From the NCBI GenBank assembly GCA_964490075.1, contig CAZBBK010000010.1, forward strand, positions 62,001 to 110,761: 48,761 nucleotides of DNA, given 5' to 3'. This document shows, piece after piece, positions 19,150-27,485 of this stretch; within the stretch, counting starts at the first letter, position 1; each line of letters opens with the position of its first letter. The notes beneath the pieces were generated by a model that worked only from the letters and a program-made list of their open reading frames with translations, was not told the origin of the DNA and searched no databases. The DNA comes from an uncultured Gemmatimonadota bacterium. GTDB lineage: Bacteria > GCA-2686955. A program made the position numbers and the translations under genes.

Positions 19150-20562
19150 TCATTGAGAGATGTGCAACGTCGCGCAGGCTTGGTCGAGCTCGACGCCCTG
19201 CTCCGCGACAGTGAAGCAGACCTCGTACTCGCCGGGGGTCGTGGCGGGCGGAATCGCCGCTCGAAACACGCCTTGGAGCTGGCCGCAAGGATCGAGAACC
19301 TGCGTGCGCCGGGTCGCCAGAGGAACGGTCGGTCCCTCCGGAATGGTCACGGAGATCTGGACGTCGCAGCTCCGTGGATCACCTCCGGTGGTCTCGATGC
19401 TGTAGCTCATCTCGACTTGCTCCCCCGAATGAAGCGGATATCGAGGCCAGTCCTTCAGAACGACCTCCGGATCGCCATCGACCTCCCGGGCTACGGTCGA
19501 CAGCCGAACGTCGTCCAGGACACAGGCCAGGAACTGATTGACTCCACCGGCGTAGCGGCCAGCCGCCAGCAGCAGCTCCAGGTCGCCGTGGAGATCGTCG
19601 AGGTCCCTCGGAACATCGAGGGCCAGATCGATCTCGCCGTCGCGGGAGAGCGTCCAACGGCCGCGGCTGATCGAGAAACCGATCCGCTCGCCCGCTCCGT
19701 AGAGAAGGGTGCTGGTGTAGGAGGCGTTGGCGTTGCCGATATCGTCGAAGACCTCGATATGGCCCGATTCATCGTCCACCGGCAGGTAGTAGAGAGCGAC
19801 GCGATTCGTCTCGCTCTGGTAGATCATGAAGAACTGCTCTCGATCTGGGTTGCCGGAAGAGGCCCAGAAGTCCATCTCGATCGAGAGCTCCCCGGACAGA
19901 TCGCCGCCGGGGATTTCCAGGTAGTCGTCCTCGCCGTCGAAGGCCAAGGCGCTTCCACCGCATGCGAGGTCCTGGTAGGTGGCGCCGTGGATGGTGGCAT
20001 CGCGAGCTTCGGGACCGCCGTCTCGAGCAAGCTCGGAACCGAGATCCTCGAAGCGATAGGCGGCCCACGTCTGTCCGTCGATTCGCATCGGGCAGCCCGC
20101 GCAGAGATCCGCATCCGAGCGCAGTCGCAAGCCACGCAGCCAGACGTCGTCGAGATCGGGCTCCGGCGCGAGGACCAGGGCGATTTCGTTCGATCCCGTC
20201 TGCAGGAGCGTGGAGACGTCGTCCGAGACGTAGGGCCAGAGGTCATCACATCCCGGACCGGTGGAGGGGATGGTCCCGGCGGAGGCTCCGTTCACCAGGA
20301 GCTCGAGATCATCGTCCCGATCCAGCCAGCTCCGGTCGACGACGACTCGGGCGCCGCCGTCGGTAAGAATGGCGCTCTGCTGGGGCAGCAGCGGGAGCGT
20401 CGTGATGAGCTCCGATCCCTCCGCGACCGGTGCCTCGCAATCGGGCATCGTCTCGTCGCCGAGATGGTGTGTCGCGGTGTCCACAGGGATGTTGTCCGCA
20501 AGGGCGCTCGCCACCTGTGTGGCGACGGCGATGGCGAGAATCGCCTTGGGCAGTCGGTGCAT
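19150..20562 (-). CDS. Secreted acidic protein with a LamG/concanavalin-like domain and a C-terminal Ig-like domain
   Basis: RBS AAAGGA; signal peptide MHRLPKAILAIAVATQVASALA; LamG-like AAYRFED...GSALAFDGEDDYLEIP...LDDVRLSTVAR. Confidence 0.75.
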   Translation of the reverse strand: MHRLPKAILAIAVATQVASALADNIPVDTATHHLGDETMPDCEAPVAEGSELITTLPLLPQQSAILTDGGARVVVDRSWLDRDDDLELLVNGASAGTIPSTGPGCDDLWPYVSDDVSTLLQTGSNEIALVLAPEPDLDDVWLRGLRLRSDADLCAGCPMRIDGQTWAAYRFEDLGSELARDGGPEARDATIHGATYQDLACGGSALAFDGEDDYLEIPGGDLSGELSIEMDFWASSGNPDREQFFMIYQSETNRVALYYLPVDDESGHIEVFDDIGNANASYTSTLLYGAGERIGFSISRGRWTLSRDGEIDLALDVPRDLDDLHGDLELLLAAGRYAGGVNQFLACVLDDVRLSTVAREVDGDPEVVLKDWPRYPLHSGEQVEMSYSIETTGGDPRSCDVQISVTIPEGPTVPLATRRTQVLDPCGQLQGVFRAAIPPATTPGEYEVCFTVAEQGVELDQACATLHISQ

Positions 20563-20633
20563 CGTCAGCTTCCTTTCTCGGTGCGGCTCTCCGGGCCACG
20601 CGAGCGGTCCATCCGTTCGCTGCACTGCGCGCC

Positions 20634-20650
20634 ATGCAAAGCCCGTGCCG
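20634..20650 (-). promoter_or_regulatory. Sigma-54 (-24/-12) promoter
   Basis: Minus strand reads CGGCACGGGCTTTGCAT versus TGGCACG-N4-TTGCW, with exact GG-N10-GC spacing, about 72 bp upstream of the LamG-gene ATG. Confidence 0.75.
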
Positions 20651-20667
20651 CCGCTCTGTGAGAAGCC

Positions 20668-20691
20668 AAGTCATTGCACACCATTGTGTTA
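20668..20691. promoter_or_regulatory. Putative IHF-binding AT-rich site upstream of the sigma-54 promoter
   Basis: AAGTCATTGCACACCATTGTGTTA is a partial match to WATCAANNNNTTR, located between the promoter and upstream inverted repeats. Confidence 0.4.
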
Positions 20692-20693
20692 TG

Positions 20694-20744
20694 CGTGTCG
20701 CTCCGGCGCTCGCTCCGCGCCGGAGGGCTCCGGATCGCGACACG
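20694..20744. repeat. Inverted repeats (candidate upstream activator sequence, or hairpin downstream of mazG)
   Basis: CGTGTCGC (20694-20701) pairs with GCGACACG (20737-20744); CTCCGGCGC (20701-20709) pairs with GCGCCGGAG (20717-20725). Confidence 0.45.
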
Positions 20745-20859
20745 ACGCGAGCGGTCACGGCGGTGGCGGCGCCGCAGTTGCTGTGCGCCCCGGAGTTGCC
20801 CGCGCTTCGCGAGCAGTCGCGCCCCTCGCGAGATCTCGCGAGCTTCTCCCCGCCGCTCC

Positions 20860-21660
20860 CTACTCCCCCTCCTTCACCTCATCCCAGAGCGCGTCCATCT
20901 CCTCGAGGGTCGACGATTCCGGCGCGCGGCCGAGCGCGCCGAGGCGCTGCTCCACCTGGCGGAAGCGGCGCTCGAAACGCTGGTTGGCCTTGGCGAGCGC
21001 GACCTCGGGATCGAGCTGCAGCAGGCGCGCGACGTTGACCGTGGCGAAGAGCAGGTCGCCGAGCTCCGCCTCGCGCCGGTCGCCGGGGCTCGGCTCGCTT
21101 GCGGCGGGGGCGTCGATCTCGGCGCGCAGCTCCCCCAGCTCCTCTTCGAGCTTGGCGAGCGCGCCGCCGACCTCCGGCCAGTCGAAGCCGACCCCTGCCG
21201 CGCGCTCGCTCAGCTTACGGGCCCGGATCAGCGCCGGCAGAGAGCGGGCGACGCCGTCGAGGGCCGAGCCGGGCGACGCTTGCGCGTCTCGTCGCTCGGC
21301 GCGCTTGATCGCCTCCCACTGTGTCGCCACCGCCTCGGCGGTGGCCGCCCGCGCGTCGCCGAAGACGTGGGGATGGCGGCGGATCAGCTTCTCGCAGGCG
21401 GCGCGGGTCACATCGTCGAGCGTGAAGCTGCCCTCGGCGGCGCCCAGGTTGGCGTAGAAGATGATGTGGAAGAGCAGATCGCCCAACTCGTCGACGGTCG
21501 CGGCGACGTCGCCCTCCTCGATCGCCTCGCAGAGCTCGTAGGCCTCCTCGATGGTGTGGCGGCGCAGCGAGGCCAGGGTCTGCTCGCGATCCCAGGGACA
21601 GCCGCCGGGGGCCAGCAGGCGGGCCATGATCTGCTTCAGGTGCTCGAAGTCGTAACTCAT
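20860..21660 (-). CDS. mazG: Nucleoside triphosphate pyrophosphohydrolase MazG
   Basis: GCPWDREQT, IEEAYE, DELGDLL, KLIRRHPHVF, GFDW, and a second ELGDLLF...ANQRFERRF domain. Confidence 0.96.
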   Translation of the reverse strand: MSYDFEHLKQIMARLLAPGGCPWDREQTLASLRRHTIEEAYELCEAIEEGDVAATVDELGDLLFHIIFYANLGAAEGSFTLDDVTRAACEKLIRRHPHVFGDARAATAEAVATQWEAIKRAERRDAQASPGSALDGVARSLPALIRARKLSERAAGVGFDWPEVGGALAKLEEELGELRAEIDAPAASEPSPGDRREAELGDLLFATVNVARLLQLDPEVALAKANQRFERRFRQVEQRLGALGRAPESSTLEEMDALWDEVKEGE

Positions 21661-21667
21661 GCCGCGG

Positions 21668-21673
21668 ATCATA
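21668..21673 (-). promoter_or_regulatory. -10 box placed for leaderless transcription of mazG
   Basis: Minus strand reads TATGAT-ccgcggc-ATG (7-nt spacer) with no Shine-Dalgarno. Confidence 0.5.
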
Positions 21674-21776
21674 GGTCGTGTGATCGTCGCGGGCGGCTAT
21701 CATCGGCGGGTGACGCGCAACGAGCGTCGTGATGCGTTCGCGGAGGCCGGGCGCGGAGCGTCGCCAAGTCCTGGAC

Positions 21777-22550
21777 ATGAGCATGAGATACGCGATGATT
21801 CCGGCGACGGCGGCGCTGCTGGCCTTCGCGGGCTCCGCGCTGGCCGCTGGCGAGCTGCCCTACCTCTATCAGCGCACCGGTTTCGGCTCCGCCGGACTGC
21901 TCGCGGTGGAAGCGGAGAACGCGGCCGGCACTCGCGACGCCGCGCTTTTCGGCCAGCACGGGGTCGAGCAGGGGCTGCGGCTGCGTTACGGCGTCGGCGA
22001 CCGGGTCACGGCCGAGCTCTGGAGCGGCGTCCTTTTCGCCGACGGCGGCGAACGGCGCACCGGCGGGGCGTTCGAGCTCTTCTTCGGCGTCCTCTCGGCG
22101 CCTCTGGAGCTGACCCTGGGCGCCGGCCTGGCCCACGACTTTCGCGACGACGACGTGATCCGGCTGCGCGCCACCGCCAGCCGCCCAGCGGGGGCCTGGG
22201 AGCTCAGCCTCAACAACCTGACCGAGATTCCCCTCGGCTCCGAGCGCGACAAGGTCGACCTGATCCTGGGCAGCTCGGTGATGCGCACCCTGGGCGGTGG
22301 GGCTCGCGCCGGTCTGGAGCTCGTGGGCCAGGACCTGGAGGGGTTTTGGGATCCCCACGAGGCCGAGGGGGGCGCGCGGCTGGCCGCCGGCCCCACGATC
22401 TGGGCGCGACTCAGCGAGCGGGTCGAGATCAAGGGCAACTGTGCCGCGGTGATTCAGGCGACCCGCAACGCCTACCTGCGTGAGGGCGTGCTGGTCGATC
22501 CGCCCGGCGACGGCGTGCTGGCCCGCCTCGCCCTCCGCGTCGAGCTCTGA
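21777..22550 (+). CDS. Exported protein, possible outer-membrane beta-barrel
   Basis: Signal peptide ...PATAALLAFAGSALA; amphipathic beta-strand pattern; ends LARLALRVEL. Confidence 0.6.
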   Translation: MSMRYAMIPATAALLAFAGSALAAGELPYLYQRTGFGSAGLLAVEAENAAGTRDAALFGQHGVEQGLRLRYGVGDRVTAELWSGVLFADGGERRTGGAFELFFGVLSAPLELTLGAGLAHDFRDDDVIRLRATASRPAGAWELSLNNLTEIPLGSERDKVDLILGSSVMRTLGGGARAGLELVGQDLEGFWDPHEAEGGARLAAGPTIWARLSERVEIKGNCAAVIQATRNAYLREGVLVDPPGDGVLARLALRVEL

Positions 22551-22569
22551 GGGCGAAGGGAGACATTCG

Positions 22570-25005
22570 ATGAGAGCAACGAAGCGCATCGTGATATCGG
22601 CCTTCTGCCTGGCCCCGGCGCTGCTCGCCGGCGATGCCTGGGCGACCCAGGGAATCCGCATTCGGCCGCAGGCGCGCGCCCTCACCGGGCAGGTCGACGA
22701 CCAGGCCTGGCTGATGCCGACCGGGCGTTTGATCACGCCCCTCGGCGATCTGATCGAGGTCGACCACCTGCCCCAGGCGCTCAGCATCTCGCCCGACGGC
22801 GGTCACGCCGTGGTGGCCTGCTCAGGGGCCGGCCGCAGGTCGCTGACCGTGATCGACATCGAGGCGCGCGCCACCACCCAGGTGGTGGAGCAGCCGGCGC
22901 TCTTTCTCGGCCTGCGCTTCGACGAGAGCGGCTCCACTCTCTACGCCTCCGGCGGTGGTCAGGGCGCGATCCTGGTCTTCGACTTTGCCGCCGGACAGCT
23001 CAGCGAGCGCACTCGCTGGGACGTCTTCGGTCACGTCGGCGGCCTCGATCTGGGTCCCAAGGAGAAGATCCTCTATGCCGTCACCATGTCGCCGCCGGCG
23101 CTGCTCTCGAAAGATGTCGAGACCGGAGAGAGGCTAGACCGAGCGCTATGCGGCGGAGATCCCTACACGGTGGTGGCCAACCCCGAGTTCAAGCAGGTCT
23201 ACGTCAGCTCCGAGCGCGAAGATCGGATCGATATCTACAACGTCGAGCTGGCGCGCCACATCCGCTGGACCGGAGCGGTGGCGACACCCAAGAATCCCGA
23301 AGGGATGATCGTCTCCGCCGACGGCAAGTGGCTCTATGTCGTCAACTCCGACGACGACTCCTTCTCGATCGTCGACCTGATCGCTCGCCAGGTGCACGCC
23401 ACCATCGACCTGCGGCCCTTCGGCGGCCTCGAGGAGTACGGCTCCAGTCCCAACTCGATCGCCATCTCGGCGGACGGAATGCGTCTCTACATCGCCCAGG
23501 GCGTCGACAACGCGCTGGCCGTGGTGGCGCTTCCCGGAGGAGAGCTGCTGGGCCGCATCCCCACCGCCGGGTACCCCATGTCGGTCGATCTGACGCCCGA
23601 CTCTCAGACCCTCGTGATCGGTTGCGGCAAGGGACTGGGCACCACGCCCGACGGCGCGCTGCGCAACCGCTCGGTGGTGCAGTTGATGGCGGTGCCGAAC
23701 GACATCGCTCTGGCGCGCATGAGCGCCCAGGTGCGCAAGAACAACTCGGCCGCGGGGCGGCTCTTCATCGTCGATGAGGACAACTTTTCGGGACCGGTAC
23801 CGCTGCGCCGCGGCGATCCCTCGCCGATCGAGCACGTGATGTTCGTGGTGCGCGAGAACAAGACCTACGATGCGGTGCTGGGCGACTGGGACGGCGGGCG
23901 AGGCGAGCCGGCGAATTGTGTCTTCTGTGGCGACGTCACGCCCAATCTGACGGCGCTGGCCGATGAGTTCGCCAGCGGCGACAACTACTACTCGAACGCC
24001 GAAGTGTCGTTGCAAGGGCACGAGCTGACCACCGCGGCCATCGTCAACACCTACACCGAGCGTCATCATGCTCTGCAGATGCGCGGCCGGCCGATAGAGC
24101 TCGACGTGTTCTTCAATCCGAGCACCTATCCCAAGAAGGACTTCATTTTCCAAAACTGTCTGCGCAACGGCGTGAGCTTCCGCGACTACGGCGAGGCGGT
24201 GGGTCTCGGCGAGGATCTGTTGATCTTCGACCCGCGCTACGTGCACTGGGGACTCTACGATCCCCCGGTGTTCTGGATGCAGTCGCGCGATGTGGACAAG
24301 CTCGACGAGCGGATTCGCGAATGGGAAGCGGGAATTTTCCCGCAGCTCATCTACATGCTCTTTCCCAACGACCATCACCAGGGATGCCAGTGGCCCTACC
24401 CCTCTCCGGAGTCGATGGTTGCCGACAACGACGAAGCCACCGGGCGCCTGATCGATTGGCTCTCGCACAGCGAGCACTGGGAGAGCACGGTGGTCTTCGT
24501 GATCGAGGATGATCCGCAGCAGGGGCGCGATCATATCGACCCCCATCGCTCGATTCTGCTGGTCGCGGGTGGCTGGGTGAAGCGCGGATATGTGTCGCCG
24601 GTGCATTACTCCGAGGCCAACATCCACGCCACCATCGAGCACATCCTCGATCTGCCGCCGATGACCCAGTTCGACGAGATCGCACAACCGATGTGGGATC
24701 TGTTCGCCGACGCCCCCGACCTGACTCCCTTCGACCATATTCCCCGCATCATTCCTGAAGGGCCCTGCGACCTGGGAACCGAGATGGCGCGGCGCTCGGA
24801 AGGCCTGAACTGGACGGTGCCCGATCAGGCCGGTGGGCTGGATCAACTGTCGCTGGACTACGGGCGCGACTACGCGGCACGGCGTGAGCTGAGCGCGGCG
24901 GAGCAGAGTTGGGCGAACGTGTGGCGCTCATTCGGCGAGGTGCTGCGCGAGATGGAGGTGGAGACGGTCGCCGACTCGACGCGGGCGGAGGCCGAGGAAC
25001 GATGA
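22570..25005 (+). CDS. Bifunctional YVTN/YncE beta-propeller plus phosphoesterase (alkaline phosphatase superfamily)
   Basis: Signal peptide; LMPTGRLITP; repeats SPDG/SADGKWLYVVN; PIEHVMFVVRENKTYDAVLGD, PNDHH, ADNDEATG, IEDDPQQGRDHID. Confidence 0.88.
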   Translation: MRATKRIVISAFCLAPALLAGDAWATQGIRIRPQARALTGQVDDQAWLMPTGRLITPLGDLIEVDHLPQALSISPDGGHAVVACSGAGRRSLTVIDIEARATTQVVEQPALFLGLRFDESGSTLYASGGGQGAILVFDFAAGQLSERTRWDVFGHVGGLDLGPKEKILYAVTMSPPALLSKDVETGERLDRALCGGDPYTVVANPEFKQVYVSSEREDRIDIYNVELARHIRWTGAVATPKNPEGMIVSADGKWLYVVNSDDDSFSIVDLIARQVHATIDLRPFGGLEEYGSSPNSIAISADGMRLYIAQGVDNALAVVALPGGELLGRIPTAGYPMSVDLTPDSQTLVIGCGKGLGTTPDGALRNRSVVQLMAVPNDIALARMSAQVRKNNSAAGRLFIVDEDNFSGPVPLRRGDPSPIEHVMFVVRENKTYDAVLGDWDGGRGEPANCVFCGDVTPNLTALADEFASGDNYYSNAEVSLQGHELTTAAIVNTYTERHHALQMRGRPIELDVFFNPSTYPKKDFIFQNCLRNGVSFRDYGEAVGLGEDLLIFDPRYVHWGLYDPPVFWMQSRDVDKLDERIREWEAGIFPQLIYMLFPNDHHQGCQWPYPSPESMVADNDEATGRLIDWLSHSEHWESTVVFVIEDDPQQGRDHIDPHRSILLVAGGWVKRGYVSPVHYSEANIHATIEHILDLPPMTQFDEIAQPMWDLFADAPDLTPFDHIPRIIPEGPCDLGTEMARRSEGLNWTVPDQAGGLDQLSLDYGRDYAARRELSAAEQSWANVWRSFGEVLREMEVETVADSTRAEAEER

Positions 25006-25511
25006 ACAGCGCTCTGACGGCGGCTCTCGCGGCGGCGCTGGTGCTCGGCTGCAGCGCCCGCAGCGTTGCGCCGGATCCCGCAGCGGCCTTCGACGAGCTG
25101 GTGGAGGCCAGCGGCTCGGGCGGCGCCGCGGCGCTCGAGGCGCGCTTGAGCACGACGTCGCATCGCATGCTTAGCGAGTACCAGGAGCGCGCACGCGCGT
25201 TGCACGCGAGCAATCTGCCGGCCAACCCCACCGAGGTGCTGGCGGCGCAGCTCGCGGCGGGTGCGCCGCGGGCCTGCGGGCAGAGCCTGGTGGGCGCCGA
25301 CAGCGCCTGGGTCGAGATCGTCTACCGCGGCGGCACCCCGGGGCGCTTGCGCTTCGTTCGCGAGGACGGCGCCTGGCGCTTCGACCTGGCCCGGGAGATG
25401 GAGTCGGTGATGGAGCAGCTGCGCGAGGCCGAAGAGGTGCTGGAGATCTACGGCGCGGCGCGTCGCGAGGGACGGCCGGCGGAGCGGATCTTCGGCGATG
25501 ACGACGACTGA
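25002..25511 (+). CDS. Putative lipoprotein (NTF2-like pattern)
   Basis: ATGA overlap with the upstream gene; lipobox LVLGC; RLRFVREDGAWRF motif. Confidence 0.65.
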   Translation: MNSALTAALAAALVLGCSARSVAPDPAAAFDELVEASGSGGAAALEARLSTTSHRMLSEYQERARALHASNLPANPTEVLAAQLAAGAPRACGQSLVGADSAWVEIVYRGGTPGRLRFVREDGAWRFDLAREMESVMEQLREAEEVLEIYGAARREGRPAERIFGDDDD

Positions 25512-26493
25512 CCCGGCGCACGACGTGGCTCTGGCCGAGGAGCTTGCGGCGGTGCGGGCGCGCATCGAGGAGCAGGTGGCCAAGGTCGTCATCGGCCAGG
25601 GCGAGGTGCTGGAGCAGATCTTCGTCGCCATGCTGGCCGGCGGGCACGCGCTCCTGGTCGGCGTTCCCGGGCTGGCGAAGACGCTGCTGGTCGATTCGGT
25701 GGCGCGCACCCTGACGCTCTCCTTCGATCGGGTGCAGTTCACGCCCGACCTGATGCCCAGCGACATCACCGGCACCGACGTCCTTGAAGACGACCCGTCC
25801 ACCGGCAAGAAGCAGAAGGTCTTCTTGCGCGGGCCGGTGTTCACCCACATCTTGCTGGCCGACGAGGTGAACCGCACCCCGCCCCGCACCCAGGCCGCCC
25901 TGCTCCAGGCGATGCAGGAGCGGCGAGTCACGATCGGCGGCACCACGCATGCCCTGCCCCATCCCTTCTTCGTGCTGGCGACCCAGAATCCGATCGAGCA
26001 GGAGGGCACCTACCCCTTGCCGGAGGCGCAGCTCGACCGCTTTCTGCTCGAGATCCGCGTCGCCTATCCCAGCGCCGCCGACGAGGCGCGCATCGCCCGC
26101 GCCACCACCGGCGCCCCGCCGCCGGCGATCGAGGCGGTGATCGGCGCCGAGCAGCTCGAGTCTTTCCAGGCCCTCGTTCGCCGCGTGCCGGTCAGCGACG
26201 CCTTCGTGCGGGCGGCGGTCGACCTGGTGCGCGCCACCCGTCCCGACGACGCCCGAGCGGGGCAGGAGGTGCGCTCCTGGATCGCCTGGGGCGCGGGACC
26301 GCGGGCGACCCAGGCACTGGTTCTCTGCGCCAAGGCCCGGGCTCTGCTGCACGGGCGGGTCACGCCCTGCGAGCAGGATCTCGAGGCCCTGGCCTTGCCG
26401 GTCCTGCGTCATCGGATCGTCACCTCCTATGCCTCGGAGGTCGACGGCGTCGACGCCGATGCCATCGTGGCGCGACTGCTGCGCGCACAGTGA
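25498..26493 (+). CDS. moxR: MoxR-family AAA+ ATPase
   Basis: GVPGLAKT, RVQFTPDLMPSDITG, LADEVNRTPPRTQAALL, ATQNPIEQEGTYPLPEAQLDRF. Confidence 0.95.
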   Translation: MTTTDPAHDVALAEELAAVRARIEEQVAKVVIGQGEVLEQIFVAMLAGGHALLVGVPGLAKTLLVDSVARTLTLSFDRVQFTPDLMPSDITGTDVLEDDPSTGKKQKVFLRGPVFTHILLADEVNRTPPRTQAALLQAMQERRVTIGGTTHALPHPFFVLATQNPIEQEGTYPLPEAQLDRFLLEIRVAYPSAADEARIARATTGAPPPAIEAVIGAEQLESFQALVRRVPVSDAFVRAAVDLVRATRPDDARAGQEVRSWIAWGAGPRATQALVLCAKARALLHGRVTPCEQDLEALALPVLRHRIVTSYASEVDGVDADAIVARLLRAQ

Positions 26494-26522
26494 GGAAAGG
26501 GGGAGGGCGGGCGCGCGGGAGG

Positions 26523-27485
26523 ATGCGCGGCGCCGAGCCGCCCGCCGATCGCGGCCGGTTGCTGCCGCCCGAGGCGGTGGCGCGCCTGGCGGGTCTCGAC
26601 CTGATCGCCCGGCACGTGGTCGAAGGCCACTTCGCCGGCCTGCACCGCAGTCCCTACCACGGCTACTCGGCCGAGTTCTCGCAACACCGCCCTTACAGCC
26701 CGGGCGACGATCTGCGGCGCATCGACTGGGGGGTTTGGGGGCGCAGCGGCCGCCTCTACCTGAAGCAGTTCGACGAGGAGACCAATCTCAGCGCCACCAT
26801 CTTGCTCGACGTGTCGAGATCGATGGCTTATCCACCCCCCGATCGACCGCCACGGGAGGGGCTGAACAAGTCGTTCTACTCACGTTCGCTGGCGGCCTGT
26901 TTGACGCACCTTCTGCTGCGTCAACGCGACGCCGTGGGGCTGATGCTCTTTGCCGAGCGGGTGGTCGAGGTGGTCCCTCCCTCGTCGCGCCCCAGCCACC
27001 GGCGCAGGCTCTTGGCGATGCTGGAGCGCGCGCGGCCGCGGCAGGCCCGCACCGACCTCGGCGCCGCGATGCACCAGGCGGCGGAGTCGCTGCGCCGCCG
27101 CGGGCTGATCGTCCTGCTCTCCGATCTGCAGGACTGCGACCCGGCCGCGGTGGGGGACGGGCTGCGACATCTGCGTCATCGGGGTCACGGCGTGCTGGCG
27201 TTGCGGGTGCTGCACCCGACCGAGATCGAGCTCCGCCTGGCGGCCGATGTGGTGCTGCGCGACCTGGAGACCGGCAAGACCCTCGCCACCCACGGCATCG
27301 AGGCGCGGCGATCGATCGCCGAGCTCCAGGCGCGACGCGCGCGGCGCTGGACCCAGCTCTTCGGCGCGGCGGGTGCCGACTTCGCCACCATCCGCAGCGA
27401 CCTGGCGCTGGCGCCGGCCCTGGGCGCGGTGCTGCGGCGGCGCGCGCGCGCCGGCCGGCGCGCTGCCGCCGGCGGCGGCGCGTGA
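26523..27485 (+). CDS. DUF58-domain protein (MoxR-associated, vWA-like)
   Basis: GLHRSPYHGYSAEFSQHRPYSPGDDLRRIDW, LKQFDEET, LLDVSRSM. Confidence 0.92.
   Translation: MRGAEPPADRGRLLPPEAVARLAGLDLIARHVVEGHFAGLHRSPYHGYSAEFSQHRPYSPGDDLRRIDWGVWGRSGRLYLKQFDEETNLSATILLDVSRSMAYPPPDRPPREGLNKSFYSRSLAACLTHLLLRQRDAVGLMLFAERVVEVVPPSSRPSHRRRLLAMLERARPRQARTDLGAAMHQAAESLRRRGLIVLLSDLQDCDPAAVGDGLRHLRHRGHGVLALRVLHPTEIELRLAADVVLRDLETGKTLATHGIEARRSIAELQARRARRWTQLFGAAGADFATIRSDLALAPALGAVLRRRARAGRRAAAGGGA

Noticed and set aside
13781-20860. Kinase block as an integrative or mobile element
   Set aside because: No integrase, transposase, tRNA target or convincing direct repeats; only weak edge similarity.
20860-21660. 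MazG as an anti-phage or toxin-antitoxin component
   Set aside because: It is the canonical two-domain housekeeping form with no mazEF or defence genes beside it.
26429-27481. Long N-terminal extensions predicted for BatA (from 26429), the NtrC regulator (28456), GT2 (35774), CheY (6098) and the GAF activator (15626)
   Set aside because: They overlap upstream genes in another frame; coupled or domain-consistent starts exist downstream.
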